Source: Clostridia bacterium (GTDB lineage: Bacteria > Bacillota > Clostridia > UBA1381 > UBA9506). From it: DNA of 64,000 bases. The notes below the pieces were generated by a model, which had not been told where the DNA came from, ran no database searches, and worked only from the letters and a program-made list of their open reading frames with translations. Shown here piece after piece: positions 19,337-27,332 of the stretch (position 1 is the stretch's first letter; each line of letters opens with the position of its first letter). Position numbers and translations under genes: made by a program. The stretch is taken from the NCBI GenBank assembly GCA_045652815.1, contig JAZOLH010000037.1, positions 691 to 64,690 on the forward strand, read 5' to 3'.

Positions 19337-21811
19337 ATGCCGAAGTCACAATTTATGGATCCCGATGTGCTGCGTCAGCCCGGATTTCTGGAATTTTCTC
19401 CTATCCCGGTAAACCAGTACAACAAAACAATCAAAGATGAAAGCAAGAATTTCTCCAAGGACGATTTCCTGCGCATTTACCGCGATATGGCTATCATCCG
19501 TGAATTCGAACAGATGCTGCTCGATATCAAAACCAAGAGCGAATATCAGGGTATTGAATACAACAACCCCGGTCCGGCTCACTTATCTTTAGGTCAGGAA
19601 GCGTCTGCTGTTGGTCAGGCTTATCTGCTGGATAAAAACGACTACATCTTCGGTTCTCACAGAAGCCATGGCGAAATCCTGGCAAAAGGTCTTTCTTGTA
19701 TCCACAAGTTAGACGACAAAGAACTGCTGACCGATATGGAAAGCTTCTTTGACGGTGCTACATACAGAGTTGTAGAAGGCAAAGAAAAAGATAAGGGTAA
19801 CGTTAAAGACCTGGCTATCGACTTCTTGCTCTACGGTGCACTGGCAGAAATCTTTGCTCGTGAAACCGGTTTTAACAAGGGTCTGGGCGGCTCCATGCAC
19901 GCTTTCTTCACTCCCTTTGGTATTTACCCCAACAACGCTATCGTAGGTGGTAGTGCTACCATCGCTATGGGTGCTTCTATGTTCAAGAGAATCAATGGCA
20001 AACCCGGTATCGTTGTTTCTAACGTTGGTGACGCTTCTATGGGTCGTGGTCCCGTTTGGGAAGCTCTGAACATGGGCTCCATGGACCAGATCACTCAGTT
20101 GTGGGAAGAAGGCCACAACAAGGGTCTTCCCATCATCTTCAACTTCTTCAATAACCTGTACGGTATGGGTGGCCAGACCGTTGGTGAAACCATGGCTTAC
20201 AACATTCTGGCTCGTGTTGGTGCCGGCGTAAGCCCCACTCAGCTGCATGCAGAACGTGTTGACGGTTACAACCCGCTGGCAGTTATTGATGCAATGAGAA
20301 GAAAGATCGACATTCTGAACAACCAGGGTGGTCCCGTTCTGATGGATACTCTGACCTACAGAATGACCGGTCACTCTCCCTCTGACGCTTCTACTTACAG
20401 AACTAAGGAAGAGGTTGAAAAATGGGCAGAGCATGACGTTCTGGTTAACTACGAAAAGAAACTGGTTGAAGCTAAAGTTGCTAAATCTGACGATTTTGCT
20501 TCTATGCGTGAAGACATCAGAGAACGTATGATGAAGATCGTTAAACTGGCTATCGACGACAGCGTTTCTCCCAGAATGGACCTGCAGAAGAACCCCGGCA
20601 TCATTGCTGATATGATGTTCTCCAACGAAAAGATCGCTAAGATGGAAGATCGTGAACCCGACGTTCTGATCCCGAAAGAAGAAAACCCCAGAGTTCAGAA
20701 GATCGCGAAGAAAGAACGTTTCGGTATCGACAAGAACGGCAAACCCGTTTCCAAAAACAAGGTTTACCAGCTGCGTGACGGTCTGTTCGAAGCTATCATT
20801 GATAAATTCTACGAAGATCCGACCTTAGTTGCTTACGGTGAAGATAACCGTGACTGGGGCGGCGCTTACGCTGTATATCAGGGTCTGACTGAATCTCTGC
20901 CTTACCACAGATTCTTCAACTCTCCCATTTCCGAATCTGCAATCGCAGGTTCTGCAGTAGGTTACGCAATGAGCGGCGGTCGTGTTATCGCTGAAATCAT
21001 GTACTGTGACTTTATCGGCTGCTGTGGTGATGAAATCTTCAACCAGCTGGCTAAATGGCAGTCCATGAGTGCAGGCGTTCTGAAAATGCCCGTAATCATC
21101 CGTGTATCCGTTGGTTCTAAGTACGGCGCTCAGCACTCTCAGGACTGGACCAGTATGTGTGCTCACGTACCCGGCCTGAAAGTTGTATTCCCCGTAACTC
21201 CTTACGATGCTAAAGGTATCATGAACTCTGCTCTGAACGGTACCGATCCCGTTATCGTATTCGAAAGCCAGAGAATTTATGATGTAGGCGAACAGTTCCA
21301 CGAAGGTGGCGTTCCCGAAGGTTACTATGAAGTGCCCATCGGCGAACCCGACATCAAGAAAGAAGGTAAGGATGTTACCATCCTGACCATCGGTGCAACC
21401 CTGTACCGTGCTCTTGATGCAGCTAAAGAACTGGAAGAAAAATATGGTGTTTCTGCTGAAGTTATCGACGCTAGAACCATCGTTCCCTTCAACTACGAAA
21501 AAGTTTTAGAATCTGTTAAGAAAACAGGTCGTATCGTTCTGGCTAGTGATGCTTGTACCAGAGGTTCTGCCCTGAACACCATCGCTCAGAACATCACCGA
21601 AATGGCATTCGATTACCTGGATGCTCCTCCGGTTGTTGTCGGTGCACAGAACTGGATCACTCCCTGTCACGAACTGGAAAATGCATTCTTCCCGCAGAAA
21701 GAATGGATCATCGATGCAATCCACGAAAAGATCCTGCCTCTGCCGGGTCATGTTGCAACTACCAACTTCACTGAAACTGAACAGATCAGAAAGAATAAGT
21801 TAGGTATCTAA
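19337..21811 (+). CDS. Fused E1 alpha-beta (TPP-dependent dehydrogenase E1 alpha + transketolase-like beta) in one 824-aa polypeptide
   Basis: N-terminal half has the TPP motif GDASMGRG...NFFNN. A ~100-aa charged linker follows, then a C-terminal E1-beta pyrimidine-binding and C-terminal domain ([16 protein letters not shown]...). Confidence 0.88.
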   Translation: MPKSQFMDPDVLRQPGFLEFSPIPVNQYNKTIKDESKNFSKDDFLRIYRDMAIIREFEQMLLDIKTKSEYQGIEYNNPGPAHLSLGQEASAVGQAYLLDKNDYIFGSHRSHGEILAKGLSCIHKLDDKELLTDMESFFDGATYRVVEGKEKDKGNVKDLAIDFLLYGALAEIFARETGFNKGLGGSMHAFFTPFGIYPNNAIVGGSATIAMGASMFKRINGKPGIVVSNVGDASMGRGPVWEALNMGSMDQITQLWEEGHNKGLPIIFNFFNNLYGMGGQTVGETMAYNILARVGAGVSPTQLHAERVDGYNPLAVIDAMRRKIDILNNQGGPVLMDTLTYRMTGHSPSDASTYRTKEEVEKWAEHDVLVNYEKKLVEAKVAKSDDFASMREDIRERMMKIVKLAIDDSVSPRMDLQKNPGIIADMMFSNEKIAKMEDREPDVLIPKEENPRVQKIAKKERFGIDKNGKPVSKNKVYQLRDGLFEAIIDKFYEDPTLVAYGEDNRDWGGAYAVYQGLTESLPYHRFFNSPISESAIAGSAVGYAMSGGRVIAEIMYCDFIGCCGDEIFNQLAKWQSMSAGVLKMPVIIRVSVGSKYGAQHSQDWTSMCAHVPGLKVVFPVTPYDAKGIMNSALNGTDPVIVFESQRIYDVGEQFHEGGVPEGYYEVPIGEPDIKKEGKDVTILTIGATLYRALDAAKELEEKYGVSAEVIDARTIVPFNYEKVLESVKKTGRIVLASDACTRGSALNTIAQNITEMAFDYLDAPPVVVGAQNWITPCHELENAFFPQKEWIIDAIHEKILPLPGHVATTNFTETEQIRKNKLGI

Positions 21812-21831
21812 TTGCAATTAACCTAAATGCA

Positions 21832-21863
21832 AAGAGCCACCGCGTTTGCGGTGGCTCTTTTTT
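21832..21863 (+). terminator. Intrinsic terminator of the dehydrogenase operon (copy 1 of an identical 32-nt element)
   Basis: AAGAGCCACCGCGTTTGCGGTGGCTCTTTTTT. GC-rich 9-bp stem plus a T6 run. Confidence 0.88.
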
Positions 21864-21884
21864 GTGTGAAAATAGCGGGAAAAA

Positions 21885-21913
21885 TTGACTTTTACATAGG
21901 GGAGTGATATAAT
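21885..21913 (+). promoter_or_regulatory. SigmaA promoter TTGACT, 17 nt, TATAAT for the Big_2 surface protein gene
   Basis: Near-consensus hexamers with a 17-nt spacer, about 50 nt upstream of the start codon. Confidence 0.65.
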
Positions 21914-21965
21914 AACAGTAGAGGAAAATAGTATTGTTGTCCACATATTTTAAAGGGTGATTGTT

Positions 21966-24900
21966 ATGAAAAGAAAGTTTTTCTGCTTTGTTAGTCTATG
22001 TCTTAGTTTTCTTATGATGCTATCTTTTGTGCCGATGGCGAGCGCAGAAACTGAGATGCAAGCGCAAGAAGTTTCTGTAACAGAACCAAACTGTTGCGAT
22101 GAAACGGTTTTTGTAAAAGGTCTTCTTTTAAATGCTATTTTAGAAGAGCAGGCAAGCATAGATTTGACTGTATTTTCGCTCACAGGAGAAGAAGCAGAGA
22201 TGCTTCTGCTTGATGTTGTAAACGAAAATGAAAACAGCATTAAAAGACTGGCAGATTACAGCATTTCTGCCGATGAAAACGGTCTTTTCATCTATTTTGA
22301 GTACGCTGAACCCACCGTTTCCTTTTTCGCCACCAGAGCGAACAACACAGAAATTGAAAAAGAAAAACAAAGAATCCTCTCCTGTGTTGATGAATCTATG
22401 TCTGATATGGAAAAAGCGCTGGTTGTGCACGATTATATGGTTTTGAATTATGAGTACGATGAGACCTATTCCATTTACAGCGCAGATGGTATGTTTGAAC
22501 ATAAAACGGGCGTTTGTCAGGCCTATGCAGAGGCATTTAAAGAAATTATGACGGAACTGGGGATTCCTTGCCAGCTTGCCAGCAGCAGAGCTATGAATCA
22601 TGCTTGGAATCTGGTTAAAATTGATGGTAGTTGGTACCACGTGGATGTTACCTGGGATGATCCCGTACCCGACAGGCTGGGCAGAGTCAGACACGTGTTC
22701 TTCCTGCTCAGTGATGATGCAATTTCCGACCCTGCCTATTACCGCAGACCTCATTATGATTGGGTGGCTTCCAATGCGGCAACCAATGACCGCTTCGACT
22801 ATTCCTTCTGGTATGATGTTGATAGCGCCATTGTCGCAGCAGAAGGAAACTGGTATTATATTAAACCCGACGACTATAACTATGACAGTAGTGGTTATAT
22901 TGTAAAGAAAAACATTGCAACTGAAGCGGAAACCAATCTGTACGAAATCGATACAGTGTGGAATGTATGGGATGAGCCCTATAGCTACTGGATTGGTTGC
23001 TTTTCCAGTTTGGGATTATATGAAGGCAGACTCTATTTCAACACCCCGCAGGAGATAAAGAGCATCACTCTCAGCGGAAGAAGTCCCAAAACAGTTTACG
23101 AACCAAACACATCAACAGGCTATATCTTCGGTTTCGTGTTAAATGGAACAACGATTACCTATGGTTTGTCAAAATCGCCTAATGATGGGATAGAAAGCAC
23201 AGGAAAGTGTACGGTTTCAGGTACAGCGGTTATTCCTGTGACAGGTGTTTCTCTGAATCAAACATCCGTTACCTTGCTGAAAGACGAAACGACAAGATTG
23301 ATCGCAACGGTTCGGCCGAGCAATGCAAGCAATAAGAAAGTTCTCTGGACTTCTTCCAACAAGAAGGTTGCAACCGTTGATGAAAACGGTGTTGTAACAG
23401 CGAAATCGGCAGGCATGGCAAACATCAGAGTTACCACGGAAGATGGCGATGCAACTGCACTTTGCAAAGTCACCGTTATGCGTAAAATGGATGTGGCAAT
23501 CGAAGGGGAAAGTGCAGTTTCTCTGGGTAAGACAATAAACTTAACAGGCTACGCATATTATGAAGAAAATGGCAGAATAGTGAAAACAAGCGATGCTATC
23601 GAATGGAGTAGTTCTGATGTGTCTGTTGCTACTGTTTCAGGTGGTAAGGTAACAGGCGTGGGTATTGGAACGGCCACAATCACAGCACGTATTGCGGGTA
23701 CCGATATTTATGAAGAATTTGAAGTGAGTGTTGCAGCACCTGTTACAAGTCTGAAATTTGCATCAACTAAAATGACGGCCTATGTTGGCAATCGCTTTTC
23801 ATTGTTCTATGAGTTAAATATAGCACCTTCTGAGCATACCGATACAATTGAATGGACATCATCTGATGAAACTGTTGCACGGGTCAACCAATACGGCGTT
23901 GTAACACCGATTGCAACAGGTACTGCCAAAATTACTGCAAAAGCTGTTGCGGGTAACAAAACCGCCACGGTGACCGTGACAGTTGCTCGCGAGCCGGAAG
24001 GCATCGTTATTGAAGGTGCTACAGCTGTTGCACAGGGCAAGAGCATCACCTTGAAAGCATATGCTTATTACGAAGAAAACGGTAAGGTTGTTAAGACGAA
24101 GGATACAATTAGTTGGATGAGTTCCGATCATTTTGTCGCAACCGTTTCTAATGGTAAGGTAACCGGTAAAAATGCCGGTATTGCCATTATTACAGCATAC
24201 CTTGCAGGTACAGACATAGAAGCAACCTTTGAAGTGAATGTTGCCGTTCCCGTTAAAACTCTGAAATTTGCATCTACCAAAGCAACGGTTTATGTGGGTC
24301 ATGAACTTGACCTTTCTGAAACCCTGACAGTTTCTCCTTTCGATAATACAGATGATATTATCTGGACATCTTCCAAGGAAAGTGTAGCCGTTGTTGACGA
24401 AAATGGTGTTGTAACACCGATTGCAACAGGTAGTGCTAAGATTACCGCAAAAGCTGTTGCTGGAGGTAAAACCGCATCTGTTACCGTTACAGTTGCTCGT
24501 GAGCCGGAAGGCATTGTGATTACCGGCGATTCTGCTGTTGCACAGGGTAAGAGCATCACCTTAAAAGCCTATGCTTATTATATGGAAAATGGCAAAGAAG
24601 TTAAGACGAAAGATGTTATCAGTTGGATGAGTTCTGATGAATCCGTTGCTACTGTTTCCAAAGGTAAGGTAACCGGTAAGGGTGCCGGCATTGCAACCAT
24701 TCGTGCATACATCGATGGCACTGAGATTGCAGCATCCTTTGATGTGAATGTTGCTGTTCCCGTTAAAACCTTGAAATTTGCATCTACCAAGGCGACTGTT
24801 TACGAAGACGGTGTTATCGACCTTTCTGAAACTCTGACAATTGCACCCTTTGACAACACAGATGACATCCTCTGGACGTCTTCTAACACAAGTGTTGCCA

Positions 24901-25523
24901 CCGTTGATGCAAACGGTGTTGTCACCGCAATCAGCAAAGGTACTGCTAAAATTACAGCTAATGCTGTTGCAGGTAAGAAAAAAGCGACAGTTACCGTGAC
25001 TGTTGCCCGTATGCCCGAAGGCATTGATGTGACGGGTAATAATGCACTGGCAGTTGGCAAGTATGTAACCTTAAAAGCGTATGCGTACTATGAAGAAAAC
25101 GGTAAGGTTGTTAAAACCAAAGATGTTATCCGTTGGGAATCCTCTGATGAAAGCGTTGCAACTGTTACCGATAAAGGTAAAGTAACTGCTAAAGGCGATG
25201 GTGTTGCCTATATCCGTGCCTATATCGCAGGAACAGGTGTTGAAGAAATTTTTGAAATGCATGTTGTTGTTCCGGCGAAAACCGTTAAACTGTCTTCCAC
25301 AAAACTGTCGGCTTCGGTTGGTGATGTTCTGGATTTAACAAACCTGCTGACCGTTACACCGGAAGAACATACCGATGTTATCATCTGGGCATCATCGAAA
25401 ACATCAGTGGCGACGGTGACGGAAGATGGCGTTGTGACCATTGTTGGCACCGGAACAGCCAAAATTACGGTTAAGGCTGTTGGCGGAAATAAATCTGCAT
25501 CGGTGACAGTTACGGTTAAATAA
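21966..25523 (+). CDS. Secreted transglutaminase-like cysteine protease-domain protein with nine Big_2 (bacterial Ig-like group 2) domains
   Basis: Signal peptide (MKRKFFCFVSLCLSFLMMLSFVPMASA). Cys-His-Asp core (GVCQAYAEAF...NHAWNLV...HVDVTWDD). One single Big_2 domain followed by four double-Big_2 units. No LPXTG, SLH or C-terminal TM segment. Confidence 0.85.
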   Translation: MKRKFFCFVSLCLSFLMMLSFVPMASAETEMQAQEVSVTEPNCCDETVFVKGLLLNAILEEQASIDLTVFSLTGEEAEMLLLDVVNENENSIKRLADYSISADENGLFIYFEYAEPTVSFFATRANNTEIEKEKQRILSCVDESMSDMEKALVVHDYMVLNYEYDETYSIYSADGMFEHKTGVCQAYAEAFKEIMTELGIPCQLASSRAMNHAWNLVKIDGSWYHVDVTWDDPVPDRLGRVRHVFFLLSDDAISDPAYYRRPHYDWVASNAATNDRFDYSFWYDVDSAIVAAEGNWYYIKPDDYNYDSSGYIVKKNIATEAETNLYEIDTVWNVWDEPYSYWIGCFSSLGLYEGRLYFNTPQEIKSITLSGRSPKTVYEPNTSTGYIFGFVLNGTTITYGLSKSPNDGIESTGKCTVSGTAVIPVTGVSLNQTSVTLLKDETTRLIATVRPSNASNKKVLWTSSNKKVATVDENGVVTAKSAGMANIRVTTEDGDATALCKVTVMRKMDVAIEGESAVSLGKTINLTGYAYYEENGRIVKTSDAIEWSSSDVSVATVSGGKVTGVGIGTATITARIAGTDIYEEFEVSVAAPVTSLKFASTKMTAYVGNRFSLFYELNIAPSEHTDTIEWTSSDETVARVNQYGVVTPIATGTAKITAKAVAGNKTATVTVTVAREPEGIVIEGATAVAQGKSITLKAYAYYEENGKVVKTKDTISWMSSDHFVATVSNGKVTGKNAGIAIITAYLAGTDIEATFEVNVAVPVKTLKFASTKATVYVGHELDLSETLTVSPFDNTDDIIWTSSKESVAVVDENGVVTPIATGSAKITAKAVAGGKTASVTVTVAREPEGIVITGDSAVAQGKSITLKAYAYYMENGKEVKTKDVISWMSSDESVATVSKGKVTGKGAGIATIRAYIDGTEIAASFDVNVAVPVKTLKFASTKATVYEDGVIDLSETLTIAPFDNTDDILWTSSNTSVATVDANGVVTAISKGTAKITANAVAGKKKATVTVTVARMPEGIDVTGNNALAVGKYVTLKAYAYYEENGKVVKTKDVIRWESSDESVATVTDKGKVTAKGDGVAYIRAYIAGTGVEEIFEMHVVVPAKTVKLSSTKLSASVGDVLDLTNLLTVTPEEHTDVIIWASSKTSVATVTEDGVVTIVGTGTAKITVKAVGGNKSASVTVTVK
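23478..25520 (+). repeat. Four in-frame tandem repeats of 510 bp (170 aa, two Big_2 domains each)
   Basis: Unit boundaries at 23478, 23988, 24498 and 25008, each exactly 510 nt apart. Units share strings such as REPEGIVI, AVAQGKSITLKAYAYY and NVAVPVKTLKFASTKATVY. Confidence 0.9.
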
Positions 25524-25536
25524 GTATTAAACATAG

Positions 25537-25568
25537 AAGAGCCACCGCGTTTGCGGTGGCTCTTTTTT
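25537..25568. terminator. Bidirectional intrinsic terminator (copy 2 of the identical 32-nt element)
   Basis: Same 32 nt as 21832..21863. Sits between the convergent Big_2 gene and the Cys-rich ORF. Confidence 0.88.
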
Positions 25569-25573
25569 ATCTT

Positions 25574-25804
25574 TTAGCAATGACAGTGACAGCCGGAGCC
25601 GGTGGTAGCCAGATAATCTTCTAACAGACATTCGGCACGATGAGCGGCTTCCTCTGCACACTGAGCAGCCTTTTTGGCTTCGCAAGCAGCGGCTTCGGCG
25701 CGGCGTGCTGCTTCGCAGGCACACTGAGCAGCGGCTCTGGCCTCGCGAACGGCTTCCTTGATTGCAGATGTGTTTGTTGTCTGGTTGTTACAGCAGTTAA
25801 ACAT
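25574..25804 (-). CDS. Hypothetical 76-aa Cys/Ala-rich helical protein (10 Cys, C-terminal CHCHC)
   Basis: GGGAGGA RBS 7 nt before ATG 25804. Sequence is MFNCCNNQTTNTSAIKEAVREARAAAQCACEAARRAEAAACEAKKAAQCAEEAAHRAECLLEDYLATTGSGCHCHC. Has its own promoter-like element and terminator. Confidence 0.6.
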   Translation of the reverse strand: MFNCCNNQTTNTSAIKEAVREARAAAQCACEAARRAEAAACEAKKAAQCAEEAAHRAECLLEDYLATTGSGCHCHC

Positions 25805-25848
25805 AAAAGTTCCTCCCAATTGATGAATAGGGGATATATCCTCAGTTT

Positions 25849-25878
25849 TAGTATATGCTTGTCTGCGGTTATAGTGAC
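25849..25878 (-). promoter_or_regulatory. Candidate sigmaK-type promoter (GTCAC, 16 nt, CATATACTA)
   Basis: Minus-strand sequence gtCACtataaccgcagacaagCATAtacTA matches AC-16/17-CATAnnnTA, 45 nt upstream of the Cys-rich ORF start. Confidence 0.45.
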
Positions 25879-25910
25879 AAAAAAGGAGAGCAGAAATCTG
25901 CTCTCCTTTT
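25879..25910 (-). terminator. Intrinsic terminator of csp
   Basis: Stem GGAGAGCAG, loop aaat, stem CTGCTCTCC, followed on the minus strand by a T-run. Confidence 0.8.
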
Positions 25911-25912
25911 TA

Positions 25913-26113
25913 TTATGCAGGATATACATTCACCGCTTGTTTTCCCTTTGGACTATCTTCTATTTCAAAGGTCACCCTTTGACCTTCGGGCAGAGTTTTA
26001 AATCCTTCGGATATAATAGCGGAGTAGTGGACGAATATATCTTCTCCCGAATCCGCGGCAATAAACCCGTAACCTTTTTCATTATTAAACCATTTCACTG
26101 TACCGGTATTCAT
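25913..26113 (-). CDS. csp: Cold-shock protein (CspA family)
   Basis: [18 protein letters not shown] with RNP1/RNP2 motifs. AAGGAG RBS 9 nt before ATG 26113; the start at 26122 has no spacing for an RBS. Confidence 0.93.
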   Translation of the reverse strand: MNTGTVKWFNNEKGYGFIAADSGEDIFVHYSAIISEGFKTLPEGQRVTFEIEDSPKGKQAVNVYPA

Positions 26114-26143
26114 TATAGACATCTCCTTTGTGTTTCGTTATTT

Positions 26144-26171
26144 ATTATAGCAGAATCCCGAAAAATGTCAA
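26144..26171 (-). promoter_or_regulatory. SigmaA promoter of csp (TTGACA, 16 nt, TGcTATAAT)
   Basis: Consensus -35 and an extended -10 on the minus strand. Confidence 0.6.
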
Positions 26172-26199
26172 CATTCAGAGGTTTTTTTATTGGAGAGGA

Positions 26200-26228
26200 T
26201 TGCAATAAATGCAGGAAAATGATATACT
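26200..26228 (+). promoter_or_regulatory. SigmaA promoter of aroF-aroB (TTGCAA, 17 nt, TATACT)
   Basis: Hexamers with a 17-nt spacer, about 55 nt upstream of the start. Confidence 0.55.
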
Positions 26229-26282
26229 TAATACATATAGATTGTTTTTATGTATGTTGTGATCAAAGGAGGAAACGAGATC

Positions 26283-27296
26283 ATGATTGTTATTATGAGA
26301 CCTGAGGCAACCGAAGAAAGCATACGCCTTTTGGTGCAAAATTTTAAATCAATGGAGATGGATGTGCAGGTCAACGAAGGCGTTGAATGCACGGTGCTGG
26401 GCATCTTGGGTAATACATCGGAAATCGATGCAGGTGTTTTGGAACTGAACCCCGATGTAGAACGCGTGATGCGTGTTTCCGAGCCCTTTAAAAAGGCAAA
26501 TCGCAAGTTCCATCCTGAAGATAGCGTGATTCACATTGGCAAGGAAGTCATCGGCGGCAAAAAACTGGCGCTGATTGCAGGCCCTTGCTCTGTGGAAAGT
26601 GAAGAGCAGATTATTGATGTGGCAAAACGCGTAAAAGCCGCAGGTGCGGGCTTTTTGCGTGGTGGCGCATTCAAACCCAGAACATCCCCTTATGCCTTTC
26701 AGGGCATGCAGTTTGAAGGGCTGGAACTGATGCAGGAAGCAAAGAGAGAAACAGGACTTCCTATCGTGTCTGAAATTATGTCCCCCAAACATGTGGAATT
26801 TTTTGATTTTGCGGTGGATATCATTCAGGTGGGCGCCCGTAATATGCAGAACTTTGACTTGCTCAAAGAACTGGGCAAAACCAAGAAACCGATTCTGTTA
26901 AAACGCGGTATGTCCTCCACATTGGAAGAATGGCTGATGTCCGCTGAGTATATTATGGCAGGCGGCAACGAAAACGTGATTTTGTGTGAACGTGGCGTTA
27001 GAACTTTTGAATCTTACACTCGCAACACCTTGGACTTAAGCGCCATTCCTGCCATCAAGAAAATGAGTCATTTGCCCGTTTTGGTTGATCCTTCCCACGC
27101 GACGGGTATGCATTGGATGGTTGAGCCCCTTGCCATGGCGGCTGTTGCGGCAGGTGCCGACGGACTTATGATTGAAGTGCACAACGATCCCAAAAATGCA
27201 AAATGCGATGGTCCGCAGTCCATCACACCCGATGCATTTGGCGACCTGACCAAGAAACTTGCGCGTATGGCGGAGGTTGTGGGTCGTGAACTGTGA
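26283..27296 (+). CDS. aroF: 3-deoxy-7-phosphoheptulonate (DAHP) synthase, type I-beta with an N-terminal regulatory domain
   Basis: AGGAGGAAA RBS. KDO8P/DAHP-family core (IAGPCSVES, KPRTSPY, VDPSH). Confidence 0.9.
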   Translation: MIVIMRPEATEESIRLLVQNFKSMEMDVQVNEGVECTVLGILGNTSEIDAGVLELNPDVERVMRVSEPFKKANRKFHPEDSVIHIGKEVIGGKKLALIAGPCSVESEEQIIDVAKRVKAAGAGFLRGGAFKPRTSPYAFQGMQFEGLELMQEAKRETGLPIVSEIMSPKHVEFFDFAVDIIQVGARNMQNFDLLKELGKTKKPILLKRGMSSTLEEWLMSAEYIMAGGNENVILCERGVRTFESYTRNTLDLSAIPAIKKMSHLPVLVDPSHATGMHWMVEPLAMAAVAAGADGLMIEVHNDPKNAKCDGPQSITPDAFGDLTKKLARMAEVVGREL

Positions 27297-27332
27297 TTCC
27301 GACGGTTTGTATCCTGATTAGGAGATGAGATA

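Noticed and set aside
23478-25520. Regular 510-bp periodicity considered as a possible CRISPR or non-coding satellite
   Set aside because: The repeats are in frame inside one long ORF and encode Big_2 domains. There is no short repeat/spacer structure and there are no cas genes.
21832-25568. Identical flanking 32-mers considered as ends of an IS or transposon
   Set aside because: The copies are direct repeats, not inverted. They are themselves canonical terminators, and no transposase, integrase or recombinase is enclosed. Kept only as a recombination/cassette observation.
25574-25804. Cys-rich 76-aa ORF considered as a RiPP (ranthipeptide/SCIFF/lanthipeptide) precursor
   Set aside because: No radical SAM maturase, LanM/LanB, protease or ABC exporter lies adjacent. 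The nearest radical SAM gene is the rRNA methyltransferase 13 kb away. The predicted long Ala/Glu helices are unlike known leader/core organisation.
26123-26282. T-box or attenuator leader upstream of aroF
   Set aside because: The UTR is only about 55 nt after the TTGCAA/TATACT promoter. There is no specifier-loop or T-box sequence and no terminator/antiterminator pair.
25527-26305. ORFs 25527..25724(-), 25621..25929(-) and 25640..26305(+) overlapping the Cys-rich ORF and csp
   Set aside because: These are alternative frames or strands of a GC-rich repetitive stretch. They have no RBS, and the 221-aa plus-strand ORF runs antisense through the well-supported csp gene and two terminators.
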